DNA from: an uncultured Acidimicrobiales bacterium
GTDB taxonomy: Bacteria > Actinomycetota > Acidimicrobiia > Acidimicrobiales > VFJN01
DNA: 64,000 nt
Assembly: GCA_963735375.1 (NCBI GenBank)
Contig: CAVTKS010000005.1
Coordinates: 256,152 to 320,151 of the forward strand
Direction of reading: 5' to 3'
Below, piece by piece: positions 32,264 through 40,526 of this stretch. The notes beneath the pieces are model-generated. The model saw only the letters and a program-made list of their open reading frames with translations. It was not told the DNA's origin and made no database searches. A program made the position numbers and the translations under genes. The first letter of the stretch is position 1, and each line of letters opens with the position of its first letter.

Positions 32264-33655
32264 GTGAGCGATCCCTCGGGCGGCGCCGGGGCGGAGGTCT
32301 GGCCCCGCGACGAGCTGGCGGCGGCGCTGCAGGGTGACGTCGCCGGGCTCGAGACGATCCGCATGCTGATCGCTCATCCCCAGTGGGTGCACCGTCGGGT
32401 CGACGCGCTCGAGTACCGCGACGACACGACCTTCCGCCGCCGCCAGAGCGTCCACTTCACGGTGCCGGCTGTCGCGCCGGAGATCTGCGTCGCCGCCGCC
32501 CGCTTCCGCCTCGTCCCGCTGACCACGCTGCGCAAGGAGACGCTGGTCAACTTCGACTGCCGCGACGAGGCGGGGACCGCTCTGCCGGTGCTCACCCGTA
32601 CCCAGCAGGGCCTGCTGGCGGTGCGGGGCATGACGTTGTGGGCCGAGGCCGTGATCGACGCCGCCCTCGGCGAGCCGCTCCTCCCCGATGTCGCAGCCGA
32701 CATCGCCGCGCTGCTGACCGGCGAGGACGCTCCCACCCGCGAGGCGGTGCGCTGCCAGTTCTCCGCCGGGCCCGGCCAGCGGGCGGCGCTGCGTGACGAC
32801 GAGTTCTACTCGCTGGTGCTCGACCGCCTGACCGAACAGTTCATCCTGCTCACCCTGGTCGACGACGTGCCGGGCACCCAGCGGGTCGTGAAGTTCTCGT
32901 ACGAGGAGCTGGGCGAGCTGGCCGTCGAGCCGTGGCCGAGGGCGCCGCTGGCCGCCCTCGGGTGGATCCCGCGCCGGGCCGCCTCGGCCGCCGAGAGCCT
33001 GTTCGGCGCCGAGAGCTACCACTTCGAGGCCGACCTGCCGCCGGGCATCGACGTTCCCGTGGCCAGCCTGTGGGTGGGCGCGGACGAGGACCACATGGCG
33101 TGCGTCGACGTCGACCCCGGCGACCACCAGCGCATCGCCCTGCGCTCGCCCGGCTACGAGCGGGGCGTGGCCGAGGTGCGGTGGTCGGTGTGGCCCGGCC
33201 GGCGGGCCTGGTTGCGCAAGGCGTGGTTCGCGACGGTGCTGGCGGCCCTGACCCTGAGCCTGGGGGCATGGCGGCTCGACACGATCACTGCGGCGGCGCC
33301 CGACGACGTCGGCGCCGCCGGCGGCAACGTGCCGGCGGGCACCCGTACCGAGCTGGCCGCGGCGGTGATCCTCGCGGTCATCGGCGCGCTCGGTGGCCTC
33401 GTCGCCCGCATCGAGGAGCATCCGCTCGTGACCCACATCCTCGCCTGGCCGCGGCGGTTGGCGGCCCTGGCGGCCCTGCTCCCGTTCGTGGCCGCGGGCA
33501 GCCTGGTCGTCGGCCCGTCGGGCGAGGGTCGCCGCACGTTGTGGATCGCGTTGGCGGTCGTGGCCGCCGCCATCGCCGCGGTGTTCACCGTGGCGTTCGC
33601 CCGTCCGGCCAGGCGCACCCACATGCCGACGGTGGCAGTCCCTGCTCCGGGTTGA
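32264..33655 (+). CDS. Hypothetical protein: about 370-aa soluble N-terminal region plus 3-4 C-terminal TM helices
   Basis: Long ORF with ordinary coding composition (LETIRMLIAHPQWVHRRVDALEYRDDTTFRRRQSVHFTVP...). The C-terminus is hydrophobic. No family was recognised. The start is uncertain (GTG 32264 or ATG 32362). Confidence 0.6.
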   Translation: MSDPSGGAGAEVWPRDELAAALQGDVAGLETIRMLIAHPQWVHRRVDALEYRDDTTFRRRQSVHFTVPAVAPEICVAAARFRLVPLTTLRKETLVNFDCRDEAGTALPVLTRTQQGLLAVRGMTLWAEAVIDAALGEPLLPDVAADIAALLTGEDAPTREAVRCQFSAGPGQRAALRDDEFYSLVLDRLTEQFILLTLVDDVPGTQRVVKFSYEELGELAVEPWPRAPLAALGWIPRRAASAAESLFGAESYHFEADLPPGIDVPVASLWVGADEDHMACVDVDPGDHQRIALRSPGYERGVAEVRWSVWPGRRAWLRKAWFATVLAALTLSLGAWRLDTITAAAPDDVGAAGGNVPAGTRTELAAAVILAVIGALGGLVARIEEHPLVTHILAWPRRLAALAALLPFVAAGSLVVGPSGEGRRTLWIALAVVAAAIAAVFTVAFARPARRTHMPTVAVPAPG

Positions 33656-34057
33656 CCGTTCGCGGCTGCCACCAACTCCCGCCGGCCGGTTTGGTCGAGG
33701 TCACCTCCGCACGGCGGCCCTGCCCTCGTATGCTCACGGCGTGCCGTCCTCCGACGCCGCTCGATCGCCCGACCACACGACGGACCCTGCGCACGAGCGG
33801 GCGAGCGTCGTCCGCAAGCGATCCCGGGGCGTGACCGTGATGCCCAGCGCCGAGGGGCCGTCCCTGCGGTCCGATCCGCGGTGGACGCCGGAACGGGCGC
33901 ACCGCGCCGACCGGCTGCTCGGGCGCCTCGTCGCACGACGCACCGGCATGCCGGCCCGGGGCTGACGCCCGAGCGCGCTCGCGCCCCGGCAGGCACCTCG
34001 CGAGGACTCTCGTCCGCTCTCCCTCGAACGGATGAGCTCATCACTCCGGGTGGCCGC

Positions 34058-35302
34058 ATGCGACCATGGAGTGTGCGCATCAGCACACGTCTGGGGATCC
34101 TGCTCGTCGCGGGGGTCGTTGCGATCGTCGGCGCGCTCGCGCTGGCACGGGACGACGACGTCGAGTCGCTCGACAACGGCGAGCAGGCTGGTGCCCCGGG
34201 GCCCACCGGGCCCGGCGACACGACCGCGCCGCCACCTGCGTCGACCATCCCCGCGCCCGCCCTGCCCGCCTCGGCCGGCCTGCGGCTGCAGGAGCGCACG
34301 ACGATCACTGCCACGGACGACACGGGCCCGCTGTCGCCGAAGTCGATCGTCGCCTCGGGCCACGGCGTCGTCTACGCGCAGAACATGATCTACAACCACT
34401 CGGTCACCGCGTTCGATGCCGACGGCAACCACCTCGCCACCATCCCCGACCGCGTCGACCTGGCCGACTTCGGCATCACCGGCCACCCGCCCGGCACGGT
34501 GCAGGGCGGTCCGGTCGAGCTGGCGTTCTCACCAGACCGCACCAAGGCCTACACCTCCAACTACTCGATGTACGGGCCCGGGTTCGACCGACCGGGCGAC
34601 GACACGTGCTCACCGGACAGCGGCTACGACCCGAGCTTCGTCTACCGCCTCGACGTGGCCACCCACACGATCGACCAGCTGATCCCCGTCGGGTCGGTGC
34701 CCAAGTCCGTGGCGACGACACCTGACGGCCACTACGTGCTGGTGACCAACTGGTGCACCTACGACCTGAGCGTCATCGACGTGGCCTCGGGCACCGAGGT
34801 GCGTCGGGTGCCGCTGGCCGGCTCGTACCCGCGGGGCGTCGCGGTGTCGCCCGACTCGCGCACCGCGTACGTGGCGATGATGGGCGAGTCGCACCTGGTG
34901 ACCGTCGACCTGATCACCTTCGCCACCGGGACGATCGACGGCGTCGGCCGGGGGCCACGCCACATCGTGATCAGCCCCGACGGCGCGTTCCTGTACGTGA
35001 CGCTCAACAAGGACGGCGAGATCGTCAAGGTCGACACCCGCACCGGCGCCGTCGTCGGCCGGGTGGCGACGGGGTCGGCGCCCCGCAGCATGGACATCGC
35101 CGCGGACGGCGAGTCGCTGTACGTCGCCCACTACGAGTCGTCGACGCTGTCCAAGGTCACGACCGCCGACATGGCCGAGATCCAGGAGCTCGAGACCGGC
35201 CACCACCCGATCGGCATCACCTACGACCGCGGCACCGGTCGCGTGTGGGTGGCCTGCTACGGCGGCGAGATCGAGATCTTCGACGAGGTCCCGGCCGGCT
35301 GA
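34058..35302 (+). CDS. YVTN-family beta-propeller repeat protein with an N-terminal signal/anchor
   Basis: Repeated units YPRGVAVSPDSRTAYV, GPRHIVISPDGAFLYV, APRSMDIAADGESLYV and HPIGITYDRGTGRVWV. The ATG at 34058 precedes a hydrophobic helix. Confidence 0.8.
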   Translation: MRPWSVRISTRLGILLVAGVVAIVGALALARDDDVESLDNGEQAGAPGPTGPGDTTAPPPASTIPAPALPASAGLRLQERTTITATDDTGPLSPKSIVASGHGVVYAQNMIYNHSVTAFDADGNHLATIPDRVDLADFGITGHPPGTVQGGPVELAFSPDRTKAYTSNYSMYGPGFDRPGDDTCSPDSGYDPSFVYRLDVATHTIDQLIPVGSVPKSVATTPDGHYVLVTNWCTYDLSVIDVASGTEVRRVPLAGSYPRGVAVSPDSRTAYVAMMGESHLVTVDLITFATGTIDGVGRGPRHIVISPDGAFLYVTLNKDGEIVKVDTRTGAVVGRVATGSAPRSMDIAADGESLYVAHYESSTLSKVTTADMAEIQELETGHHPIGITYDRGTGRVWVACYGGEIEIFDEVPAG

Positions 35303-35335
35303 CGAAGGCGACGGCGCGGCCCTGAGACGCGAGAC

Positions 35336-35378
35336 GGCCTCGGCCCCGGGTGGTGGTGCACCACCCCGGGCCGAGGCC
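35336..35378. terminator. Strong GC hairpin (18-bp stem with one mismatch) between the convergent YVTN and yceI genes; likely a bidirectional terminator
   Basis: GGCCTCGGCCCCGGGTGG-TGGTGCA-CCACCCCGGGCCGAGGCC, read directly. There is no clear U-tract, as in many actinobacterial terminators. Confidence 0.55.
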
Positions 35379-35433
35379 GCTGTGCGTCCGATCCGGCGGG
35401 AGGATCGGGGTGAGAGGCTCGAACCTGGTGGGG

Positions 35434-36000
35434 TCAGTGCTGGTCCGACGCCTTGATGGCGGAGACCTCGAACTCGAGGGTGACCTTCTCGCTCACGAGG
35501 ACGCCGCCCGTCTCGAGCGAGGCGTTCCAGGTGATGCCCCAGTCCTTGCGGTTGACGACGACGCTGCCCTCGAGGCCGAGGCGGTGGTTGCCGAACGGGT
35601 CGACGGCGGTGCCGGCGTACTCGAAGTCGACGGATACGGGCTTGGTGACGCCCTTGATCGTCAGGTCGCCGGTGACGCGGTAGGTGCTGTCGTCGAGCGC
35701 CTCGACCGAGGTGCTGGCGAAGCTGATCTGTGGGTACGCCTCCATGTCGAAGAAGTCGTTGGTGCGCAGGTGGGCGTCACGGTCGGCGTTGCGGGTGTCG
35801 ATGCTGGCGGCCTCGATCGTGAGCTCCAGGTGCGACTGCGCCGGGTTCTCGGCGTCGAAGTAGCCGGTGCCGACGAACTCGTTGAACGAGCCCCGGACCT
35901 TGGTGACCATGGCGTGCCGGGCCACGAAGCCGATGCGGCTGTGGGTGGGGTCGACGGCGTAGGTGCCGGTGGCGGTGACAGGTGCGGTGGTGGTGCTCAT
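35434..36000 (-). CDS. YceI-family polyisoprenoid-binding protein
   Basis: Contains YAVDPTHSRIGFVARHAMVTKVRGSF and GDLTIKGVTKPVSVDF. AGGAG lies 9 nt before the ATG at 36000. Confidence 0.88.
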   Translation of the reverse strand: MSTTTAPVTATGTYAVDPTHSRIGFVARHAMVTKVRGSFNEFVGTGYFDAENPAQSHLELTIEAASIDTRNADRDAHLRTNDFFDMEAYPQISFASTSVEALDDSTYRVTGDLTIKGVTKPVSVDFEYAGTAVDPFGNHRLGLEGSVVVNRKDWGITWNASLETGGVLVSEKVTLEFEVSAIKASDQH

Positions 36001-36028
36001 GGCGTATGGCTCCTGTGGCGGTGAGATG

Positions 36029-36075
36029 GTTGATACGTCAACTGCGATCCGTTGCAACATGGGTGACGTATCAAC
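36029..36075. promoter_or_regulatory. Inverted repeat GTTGATACGTCA-N23-TGACGTATCAAC in the yceI/marR divergent intergenic region (candidate MarR operator)
   Basis: Perfect 12-bp arms, read directly. Each arm has a TTGA....TCAA half-palindrome. The right arm overlaps the -35 position relative to TACCCT at 36095. Confidence 0.55.
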
Positions 36076-36094
36076 TATTCCCGGGTGTCCCGGA

Positions 36095-36100
36095 TACCCT
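36095..36100 (+). promoter_or_regulatory. Candidate -10 hexamer TACCCT 6 nt upstream of the marR ATG (leaderless-type)
   Basis: The sequence reads TACCCT-CACGTC-ATG, read directly. Confidence 0.35.
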
Positions 36101-36106
36101 CACGTC

Positions 36107-36607
36107 ATGGACGAGGTCCGTTGGCTCGACGAACGAGAAGCCGCGGCGTGGCGCGGCCTGCAGTTCATGCACCTGCAGTTGACCGCCCGCCTGGCCCGCG
36201 AGCTCGCGGACGATTCCGAGCTGTCGTATCCCGACTATGAGGTCCTCGTCACCCTGACCGCCCAGCCGGCCGGCCGCCTGCGGGCGTTCGAGTTGGGTCG
36301 AGCCCTCGGGTGGGAGAAGAGCCGGCTGTCCCACCATGTGTCGCGCATGGTGGCGCGCGGGCTGGTCGCCCGTGAGACGTGCCCCAGCGACCAGCGGGGC
36401 GCGTTCGTGGTCGTCACCGCGCAGGGTCGGGCGGCGATCACGGCTGCGGCCCCGGGGCACGTCGCCGCGGTCCGCCGCTACGTCATCGACCGGCTCACGC
36501 CCGCCCAGCTCGACACCCTCGCATCCGTCGCCGACACCGTCCTTGCCGCGCTCGCGGACGACGACGCGCCGGCGACACCCGCTGCGCAGGGAGAGTCCGC
36601 CGCATGA
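36107..36607 (+). CDS. MarR-family transcriptional regulator
   Basis: Winged HTH YEVLVTLTAQPAGRLRAFELGRALGWEKSRLSHHVSRMVARGLVARE. Confidence 0.88.
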   Translation: MDEVRWLDEREAAAWRGLQFMHLQLTARLARELADDSELSYPDYEVLVTLTAQPAGRLRAFELGRALGWEKSRLSHHVSRMVARGLVARETCPSDQRGAFVVVTAQGRAAITAAAPGHVAAVRRYVIDRLTPAQLDTLASVADTVLAALADDDAPATPAAQGESAA

Positions 36608-37476
36608 CCGAGTCCGTCGGCGCCGACCGTCCCATGCCCGCCGCCTTCCTGGGGCACGGCACCCCGATGAACGCGCTCGACCACAACCGTTACACCGAGG
36701 CATGGCAGGCGTTCGGGCTGAGCGTCCCCACCCCGAGGGCGATCCTCGTCGTCTCGGCCCACTGGTACATCAACGCCACCGCCGTCACGGCGATGGCCAG
36801 GCCGAAGACGATCCACGACTTCTACGGCTTCCCCGACGAGCTGTTCGCCGTCGACTATCCGGCCCCGGGTGATCCGGCGCTGGCCGACGAGATCGCCGAG
36901 GTGGTCAAGCCCACCTGGGTCGGCCTCGACGCCGACAGCTGGGGGCTCGATCACGGCACCTGGTCGGTGCTGGTGCACGCGTTCCCCGAGGCCGACATCC
37001 CCGTCGTGCAGCTGTCGATCAACGCGCAGAAGCCGTTCGACTACCACCTCGCCCTCGGGGCGAAGCTGGCGCCGCTGCGCGAACGAGGCGTCCTCGTGGT
37101 GGGCAGCGGCAACGTGGTCCACAACCTGAGACGCATCGACTGGAGCCGCCCCGACGACGGGTTCGCCTGGGCTCATGCCTTCGACGACGACGCCCGCTCC
37201 CTCATGGAATCGACCCCCGACGAGCTGGGGCGCCTGCAGCGCCACGGGGCCTTCGCCCAGGCGGTGCCGACCCCCGACCACTTCATCCCGCTGCTCTACC
37301 TGGCCGGCCTGGCGTCGGCCGCGGGCCGTCCCGCCCGGGCGCTGGTGGACGGCTACGCCATGGGCTCGCTGTCGATGACGTCATACACCCTCGACGCCGG
37401 CGCACCCGCGGAGCTGCACGACCACCACGGGGCGCCCCCACTGCCGGACACGCCGGCCGACGAGACCAACATCTGA
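36604..37476 (+). CDS. Class III extradiol dioxygenase (LigB family, 4,5-DOPA dioxygenase/YgiD-like)
   Basis: Contains PAAFLGHGTPMNAL, VVSAHW and HDFYGFP. ATGA overlap with marR. Confidence 0.85.
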   Translation: MTESVGADRPMPAAFLGHGTPMNALDHNRYTEAWQAFGLSVPTPRAILVVSAHWYINATAVTAMARPKTIHDFYGFPDELFAVDYPAPGDPALADEIAEVVKPTWVGLDADSWGLDHGTWSVLVHAFPEADIPVVQLSINAQKPFDYHLALGAKLAPLRERGVLVVGSGNVVHNLRRIDWSRPDDGFAWAHAFDDDARSLMESTPDELGRLQRHGAFAQAVPTPDHFIPLLYLAGLASAAGRPARALVDGYAMGSLSMTSYTLDAGAPAELHDHHGAPPLPDTPADETNI

Positions 37477-37511
37477 CCGGCCGGCGACAGTCCCGTGGTT
37501 CCTCACGGAGG

Positions 37512-37646
37512 TCAGTCGCCGGTTCGCTGGTACACGGTTGGCTTGCCGGGTCCACCGATCTGATCCACCAGCCCGACCGCTCGTAGGGCCCGTAGTGCCT
37601 TGCGGATGTTCGGACCGGCGAGATCGCAAATGTAACCGGCCGCTGG
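37512..37646 (-). pseudogene. Start-less 44-codon remnant resembling the C-terminus of a winged-helix DNA-binding protein
   Basis: The minus-strand frame reads PAAGYICDLAGPNIRKALRALRAVGLVDQIGGPGKPTVYQRTGD-stop. It has no ATG/GTG/TTG after the upstream in-frame TAA. Its 5' end runs into the AT-rich repeat element. Confidence 0.3.
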
Positions 37647-37664
37647 TTACATTTGGTTACATTT
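37628..37664. repeat. AT-rich element: inverted repeat AAATGTAACC-N7-GGTTACATTT immediately followed by a direct copy GGTTACATTT
   Basis: Read directly. It stands out from the surrounding GC-rich DNA and lies 100 nt upstream of the metzincin gene. Confidence 0.85.
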
Positions 37665-37763
37665 GCTGGCTGGCGGTGCCCCCGGATGCGATCACATCAA
37701 CCGAGATGCCGCCCGACGCTGTCCGGTTCCGCGTGATGTCGACGCGCCGCTAGGTTCCACGGC

Positions 37764-38825
37764 GTGGCGACCGGCGGGGGGACGGATGACGACGACCCGT
37801 TTGCGGGGCTGTCGCTCGACGACGACTTCGTCCGCGGCGCCGAGATCCAGGAGGCCTCGGCCGCGGACCGGATCGAGCGCCTCCGTCGCATCGACGCCGA
37901 GCACAGCCGGCTCGCCGACGAACGTCTCGCCCAGCAACGGGCGGCCGAGCGCACGGTCCGCCGCGAGGGGCGCCGACCCCGTCGGGTCGTGCTCGTCGTG
38001 GTCGTCGCCGTCGCGGCGTTGATCGCCTGGTCCGTCATGTTCGAGGACGGCGGCGGCTCCGGTTCCGCAGACAACGCGGGCGGGCTCGGGGTCGACGATG
38101 CGTCCGATGCGCCGCCGGGGCGCGACCTCGTGACGGGCGAGGCCGACGCCCGCGGGCTGCCCTCGCCCAGTGACGAGCAGCAGGACGCGCCGCTGGGCGC
38201 GCCGGCACCGTTGACCGCAGAGTCCTCAGCGTTCCGGTTCAGCCAGATCCAGCCCAGGACGGCCGAGCCGGTCGCCTACGACCCGTGCCGCCCGGTCCAT
38301 GTCGTGCAGAACCTCCGCGAGGCGCCCGCCGGCGCCGAGACCCTCCTCGCCGAGGCGCTCGACGACGTGGGCCGGGCCACGGGCCTGCAGTTCGAGCTGG
38401 ACGGCGAGACCGACGAGCGCCCGGACGTGGCCCGTCCCGCGTTCCAGCCCGACCGCTACGGCGACCGGTGGGCGCCGGTGCTCGTCGCCTGGTCCGACCC
38501 TGCCGAGGTGCCGGACCTCGACGGCGAGACGGTAGGTGTGGGCGGGAGCACCTGGGCGGTGGTCGACGACACGGCCCGGGTCTATGTCACCGGTGTGGTC
38601 GTCCTCGACGCCCCCGACCTGGACGACGTGACGGACGCGCAGGGCCGCGACGCGGTGGCGGCCGTCATCCGGCACGAGCTGGCCCATGTCGTCGGGCTCG
38701 ATCACGTCGACGACGACGACGAGCTGATGCATCCGGTGGCCACACCGGACGTCGTCACGTTCGGGGCCGGCGACCTGACAGGCCTCGCCGAGCTCGGGCG
38801 CGGGCGCTGCTTCCCCGAGATCTGA
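37764..38825 (+). CDS. Membrane-anchored zinc metalloprotease (metzincin-type)
   Basis: HELAHVVGLDH matches HExxHxxGxxH. One TM helix (VVLVVVVAVAALIAWSV). The GTG at 37764 is preceded by TAGGTT 7 nt upstream. Confidence 0.75.
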   Translation: MATGGGTDDDDPFAGLSLDDDFVRGAEIQEASAADRIERLRRIDAEHSRLADERLAQQRAAERTVRREGRRPRRVVLVVVVAVAALIAWSVMFEDGGGSGSADNAGGLGVDDASDAPPGRDLVTGEADARGLPSPSDEQQDAPLGAPAPLTAESSAFRFSQIQPRTAEPVAYDPCRPVHVVQNLREAPAGAETLLAEALDDVGRATGLQFELDGETDERPDVARPAFQPDRYGDRWAPVLVAWSDPAEVPDLDGETVGVGGSTWAVVDDTARVYVTGVVVLDAPDLDDVTDAQGRDAVAAVIRHELAHVVGLDHVDDDDELMHPVATPDVVTFGAGDLTGLAELGRGRCFPEI

Positions 38826-38851
38826 CGGCCGGCGCGCAGCCGAAAACGGCG

Positions 38852-38878
38852 GATGACCAGGCATGTCGCCTGGTCATC
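38852..38878. terminator. Perfect 11-bp hairpin GATGACCAGGC-ATGTC-GCCTGGTCATC between the metzincin gene and the tRNA-Phe 3' end
   Basis: Read directly. On the minus strand it is followed by CCGCCGTTTTCGG (a T-run), consistent with termination of the tRNA operon. Confidence 0.6.
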
Positions 38879-38880
38879 TC

Positions 38881-38956
38881 TGGTGGTCGGGACCGGCGTC
38901 GATCCGGTGACCTTCCGCTTTTCAGGCGGACGCTCTGCCAACTGAGCTACCCGACC
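38881..38956 (-). tRNA. tRNA-Phe (anticodon GAA), CCA encoded
   Basis: The reverse complement GGTCGGGTAGCTCAGTTGGCAGAGCGTCCGCCTGAAAAGCGGAAGGTCACCGGATCGACGCCGGTCCCGACCACCA folds as a cloverleaf with anticodon loop CTGAAAA. Confidence 0.95.
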
Positions 38957-39015
38957 GTGCCTGCCACCCTTGCGAGCGGTGAGGCTGTCCTTCGCCCCCG
39001 GGGAGAGAGCGAAGA

Positions 39016-39093
39016 TGGCGGTCCCGACGGGATTTGAACCCGCGGCCTCCGGCTTGACAGGCCGGCGTGCACTCCAAACTGCACCACGGGACC
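39016..39093 (-). tRNA. tRNA-Asp (anticodon GTC), CCA encoded
   Basis: The reverse complement GGTCCCGTGGTGCAG...CCGGCCTGTCAAGCCGG...GGTTCAAATCCCGTCGGGACCGCCA has anticodon loop CTGTCAA. Confidence 0.95.
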
Positions 39094-39108
39094 GTGATCT
39101 TGGCGACG

Positions 39109-39181
39109 CACCCCCAACGGGATTCGAACCCGTGTTACCGCCTTGAAAGGGCGGCGTCCTAGGCCACTGGACGATGGGGGC
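39109..39181 (-). tRNA. tRNA-Glu (anticodon TTC), CCA not encoded
   Basis: The reverse complement GCCCCCATCGTCCAGTGGCCTAGGACGCCGCCCTTTCAAGGCGGTAACACGGGTTCGAATCCCGTTGGGGGTG has anticodon loop CTTTCAA. Confidence 0.95.
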
Positions 39182-39300
39182 TCGACTCCGCCGGCGGGGC
39201 GTCGGAACACAGTAGCAGCCGCCCCGCTCCGGCCAAACCCGGAGGTCAGGCGGTCCCGGGCGAGGTGTTGCGGTCGTGACGCGCCTAGGATTCGCCGCGC

Positions 39301-39681
39301 ATGAAGGGGACTGGGGCCGTTGCTGCACTCGTTGTGATACTTGTCGCCGGTTGCGCCGACGGCGGCCCCGCGGCGCCGTCGGCCGACAACCAGCCACCCA
39401 ACGACCTGCCGCCGTGCGAGGAGATCTACGCCGAGGGCGTGGATGTCGCCAACGACACCTTCGGCCTCGCCTGCGTCAAGGGCGAGGAGCTCGTGTCGCC
39501 CCGACCCGTGCGCCTCGACTGCACCGACGGCCGCGAGCTGCTGTACAACGACCTCGCCTGGGGCTACATCGGCGAGACCATGACCGTCACGGCTGATGAC
39601 GACCCGTCGAAGATGCCCGAGGCCGCGGTCGACGAGTGCCTCGCGCCCGCGGGCACCCCCACCACCCAGGCCGGGGCCTGA
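39301..39681 (+). CDS. Small lipoprotein, function unknown
   Basis: Signal peptide with lipobox LVAGC (MKGTGAVAALVVILVAGCADGG). The mature part carries four Cys. Confidence 0.7.
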   Translation: MKGTGAVAALVVILVAGCADGGPAAPSADNQPPNDLPPCEEIYAEGVDVANDTFGLACVKGEELVSPRPVRLDCTDGRELLYNDLAWGYIGETMTVTADDDPSKMPEAAVDECLAPAGTPTTQAGA

Positions 39682-39692
39682 CGCGCGCCGGC

Positions 39693-40193
39693 TCAGCCGC
39701 GGGCGTCGGGGTTGGGCGGCGGCAGGTCGGTGCTGAGCGTGTCGACCACCTGTGACAGCAGCCAGCCCAGGTACTCGTACACCGCGTAGGCCGGGGCCAG
39801 CGGGTCGGTGTCGTCGAGTGGCGGTAGCTCCTCGTCGACGTCGAGCCGCGTGCCGAGGACGAGCCGCAACGAGTTGAGGGTGTGCATCCAGGCGGTCATG
39901 CCGGCGTCGTCGAGCTCGCTGCCGTCGAGCGTGGCCTCGACCGTGTCGAGGGCGGCGAGGCGATGCTCCAGCAGCTCGTCGCGCGTGAGCACCTGGTAGC
40001 CGGCGTCGCGCTCGGCATCGTCGGGGTAGGCGGGCGGGAACAGGCGCCGCACCGACGGGTCGTCGGTCGACGCCACCAGCTGCTCGCGCAGTTGGCCCAC
40101 CAGGTCGGCGACCAGCATCCGCTCGTTGGGGCGCAGCTTCACCTGGTAGCGGCTCTTGCCGCGGCGCCTGACCCTGTCTCGGTCGAAGACCAT
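39693..40193 (-). CDS. DUF2017-domain protein (ClpS-associated in Actinobacteria)
   Basis: The sequence pattern (KLRPNERMLVADLVGQLREQL...RLFPPAYPDDAERDAGYQVLTRDELLEHRL) and its position directly downstream of clpS, with a 1-nt overlap. Confidence 0.75.
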   Translation of the reverse strand: MVFDRDRVRRRGKSRYQVKLRPNERMLVADLVGQLREQLVASTDDPSVRRLFPPAYPDDAERDAGYQVLTRDELLEHRLAALDTVEATLDGSELDDAGMTAWMHTLNSLRLVLGTRLDVDEELPPLDDTDPLAPAYAVYEYLGWLLSQVVDTLSTDLPPPNPDARG

Positions 40194-40513
40194 CAGTCCT
40201 GCTGCATCGTGGCCCAGAGGCCGTGCTCGTGGAGGCGGAAGACGTCGAGCTCGGCCTTCTCACGGGTGCCGTTCGACACGACGGCGCGCCCGTCGTAGTG
40301 CACCTGGAGCATGAGCTTCTCGGCCACCTCGAGTGGGTACCCGAACAGCTTCTGCAGCACGAAGGTGACGTACGACATCAGGTTGATGGGGTCGTTCCAC
40401 ACGATGACCACCCACGGGCGGTCGGGATCGACGTCGGTGTCACCGACGGGCTGGTCGGTCTCGACGGGCGCCGTCAGCGGCGCGGTTGGACCAGCGGTCA
40501 CCACGAGGTTCAT
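40193..40513 (-). CDS. clpS: ATP-dependent Clp protease adaptor ClpS
   Basis: Contains [24 protein letters not shown] and [16 protein letters not shown]. Confidence 0.92.
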   Translation of the reverse strand: MNLVVTAGPTAPLTAPVETDQPVGDTDVDPDRPWVVIVWNDPINLMSYVTFVLQKLFGYPLEVAEKLMLQVHYDGRAVVSNGTREKAELDVFRLHEHGLWATMQQD

Positions 40514-40526
40514 TGTCGCGCGCCCG

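Noticed and set aside
32034-32267. A possible 77-aa ORF (MTDRDGAPGG...LALVLVGCVMG...) with a GAGAGG upstream and a stop overlapping the next GTG (GTGA).
   Set aside because: Its Pro/Arg/Gly/Ala-rich composition looks like a chance open frame in GC-rich DNA, and it contains the 16-bp hairpin. No recognisable domain is present. It is kept only as a remote possibility.
33656-34057. The 400-bp gap upstream of the YVTN gene as a possible riboswitch or small RNA.
   Set aside because: No conserved riboswitch core (TPP, SAM, B12, FMN, ZTP, glycine) and no strong hairpin was recognisable. The ORFs in the track here are Arg/Pro-rich junk. It is left unannotated.
38881-39181. A tRNA-targeted genomic island or prophage at the Glu-Asp-Phe tRNA cluster.
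   Set aside because: There is no integrase, excisionase, phage or transposase gene and no visible duplicated tRNA 3' segment in the window. Only the AT-rich repeat and the wHTH remnant hint at past rearrangement.
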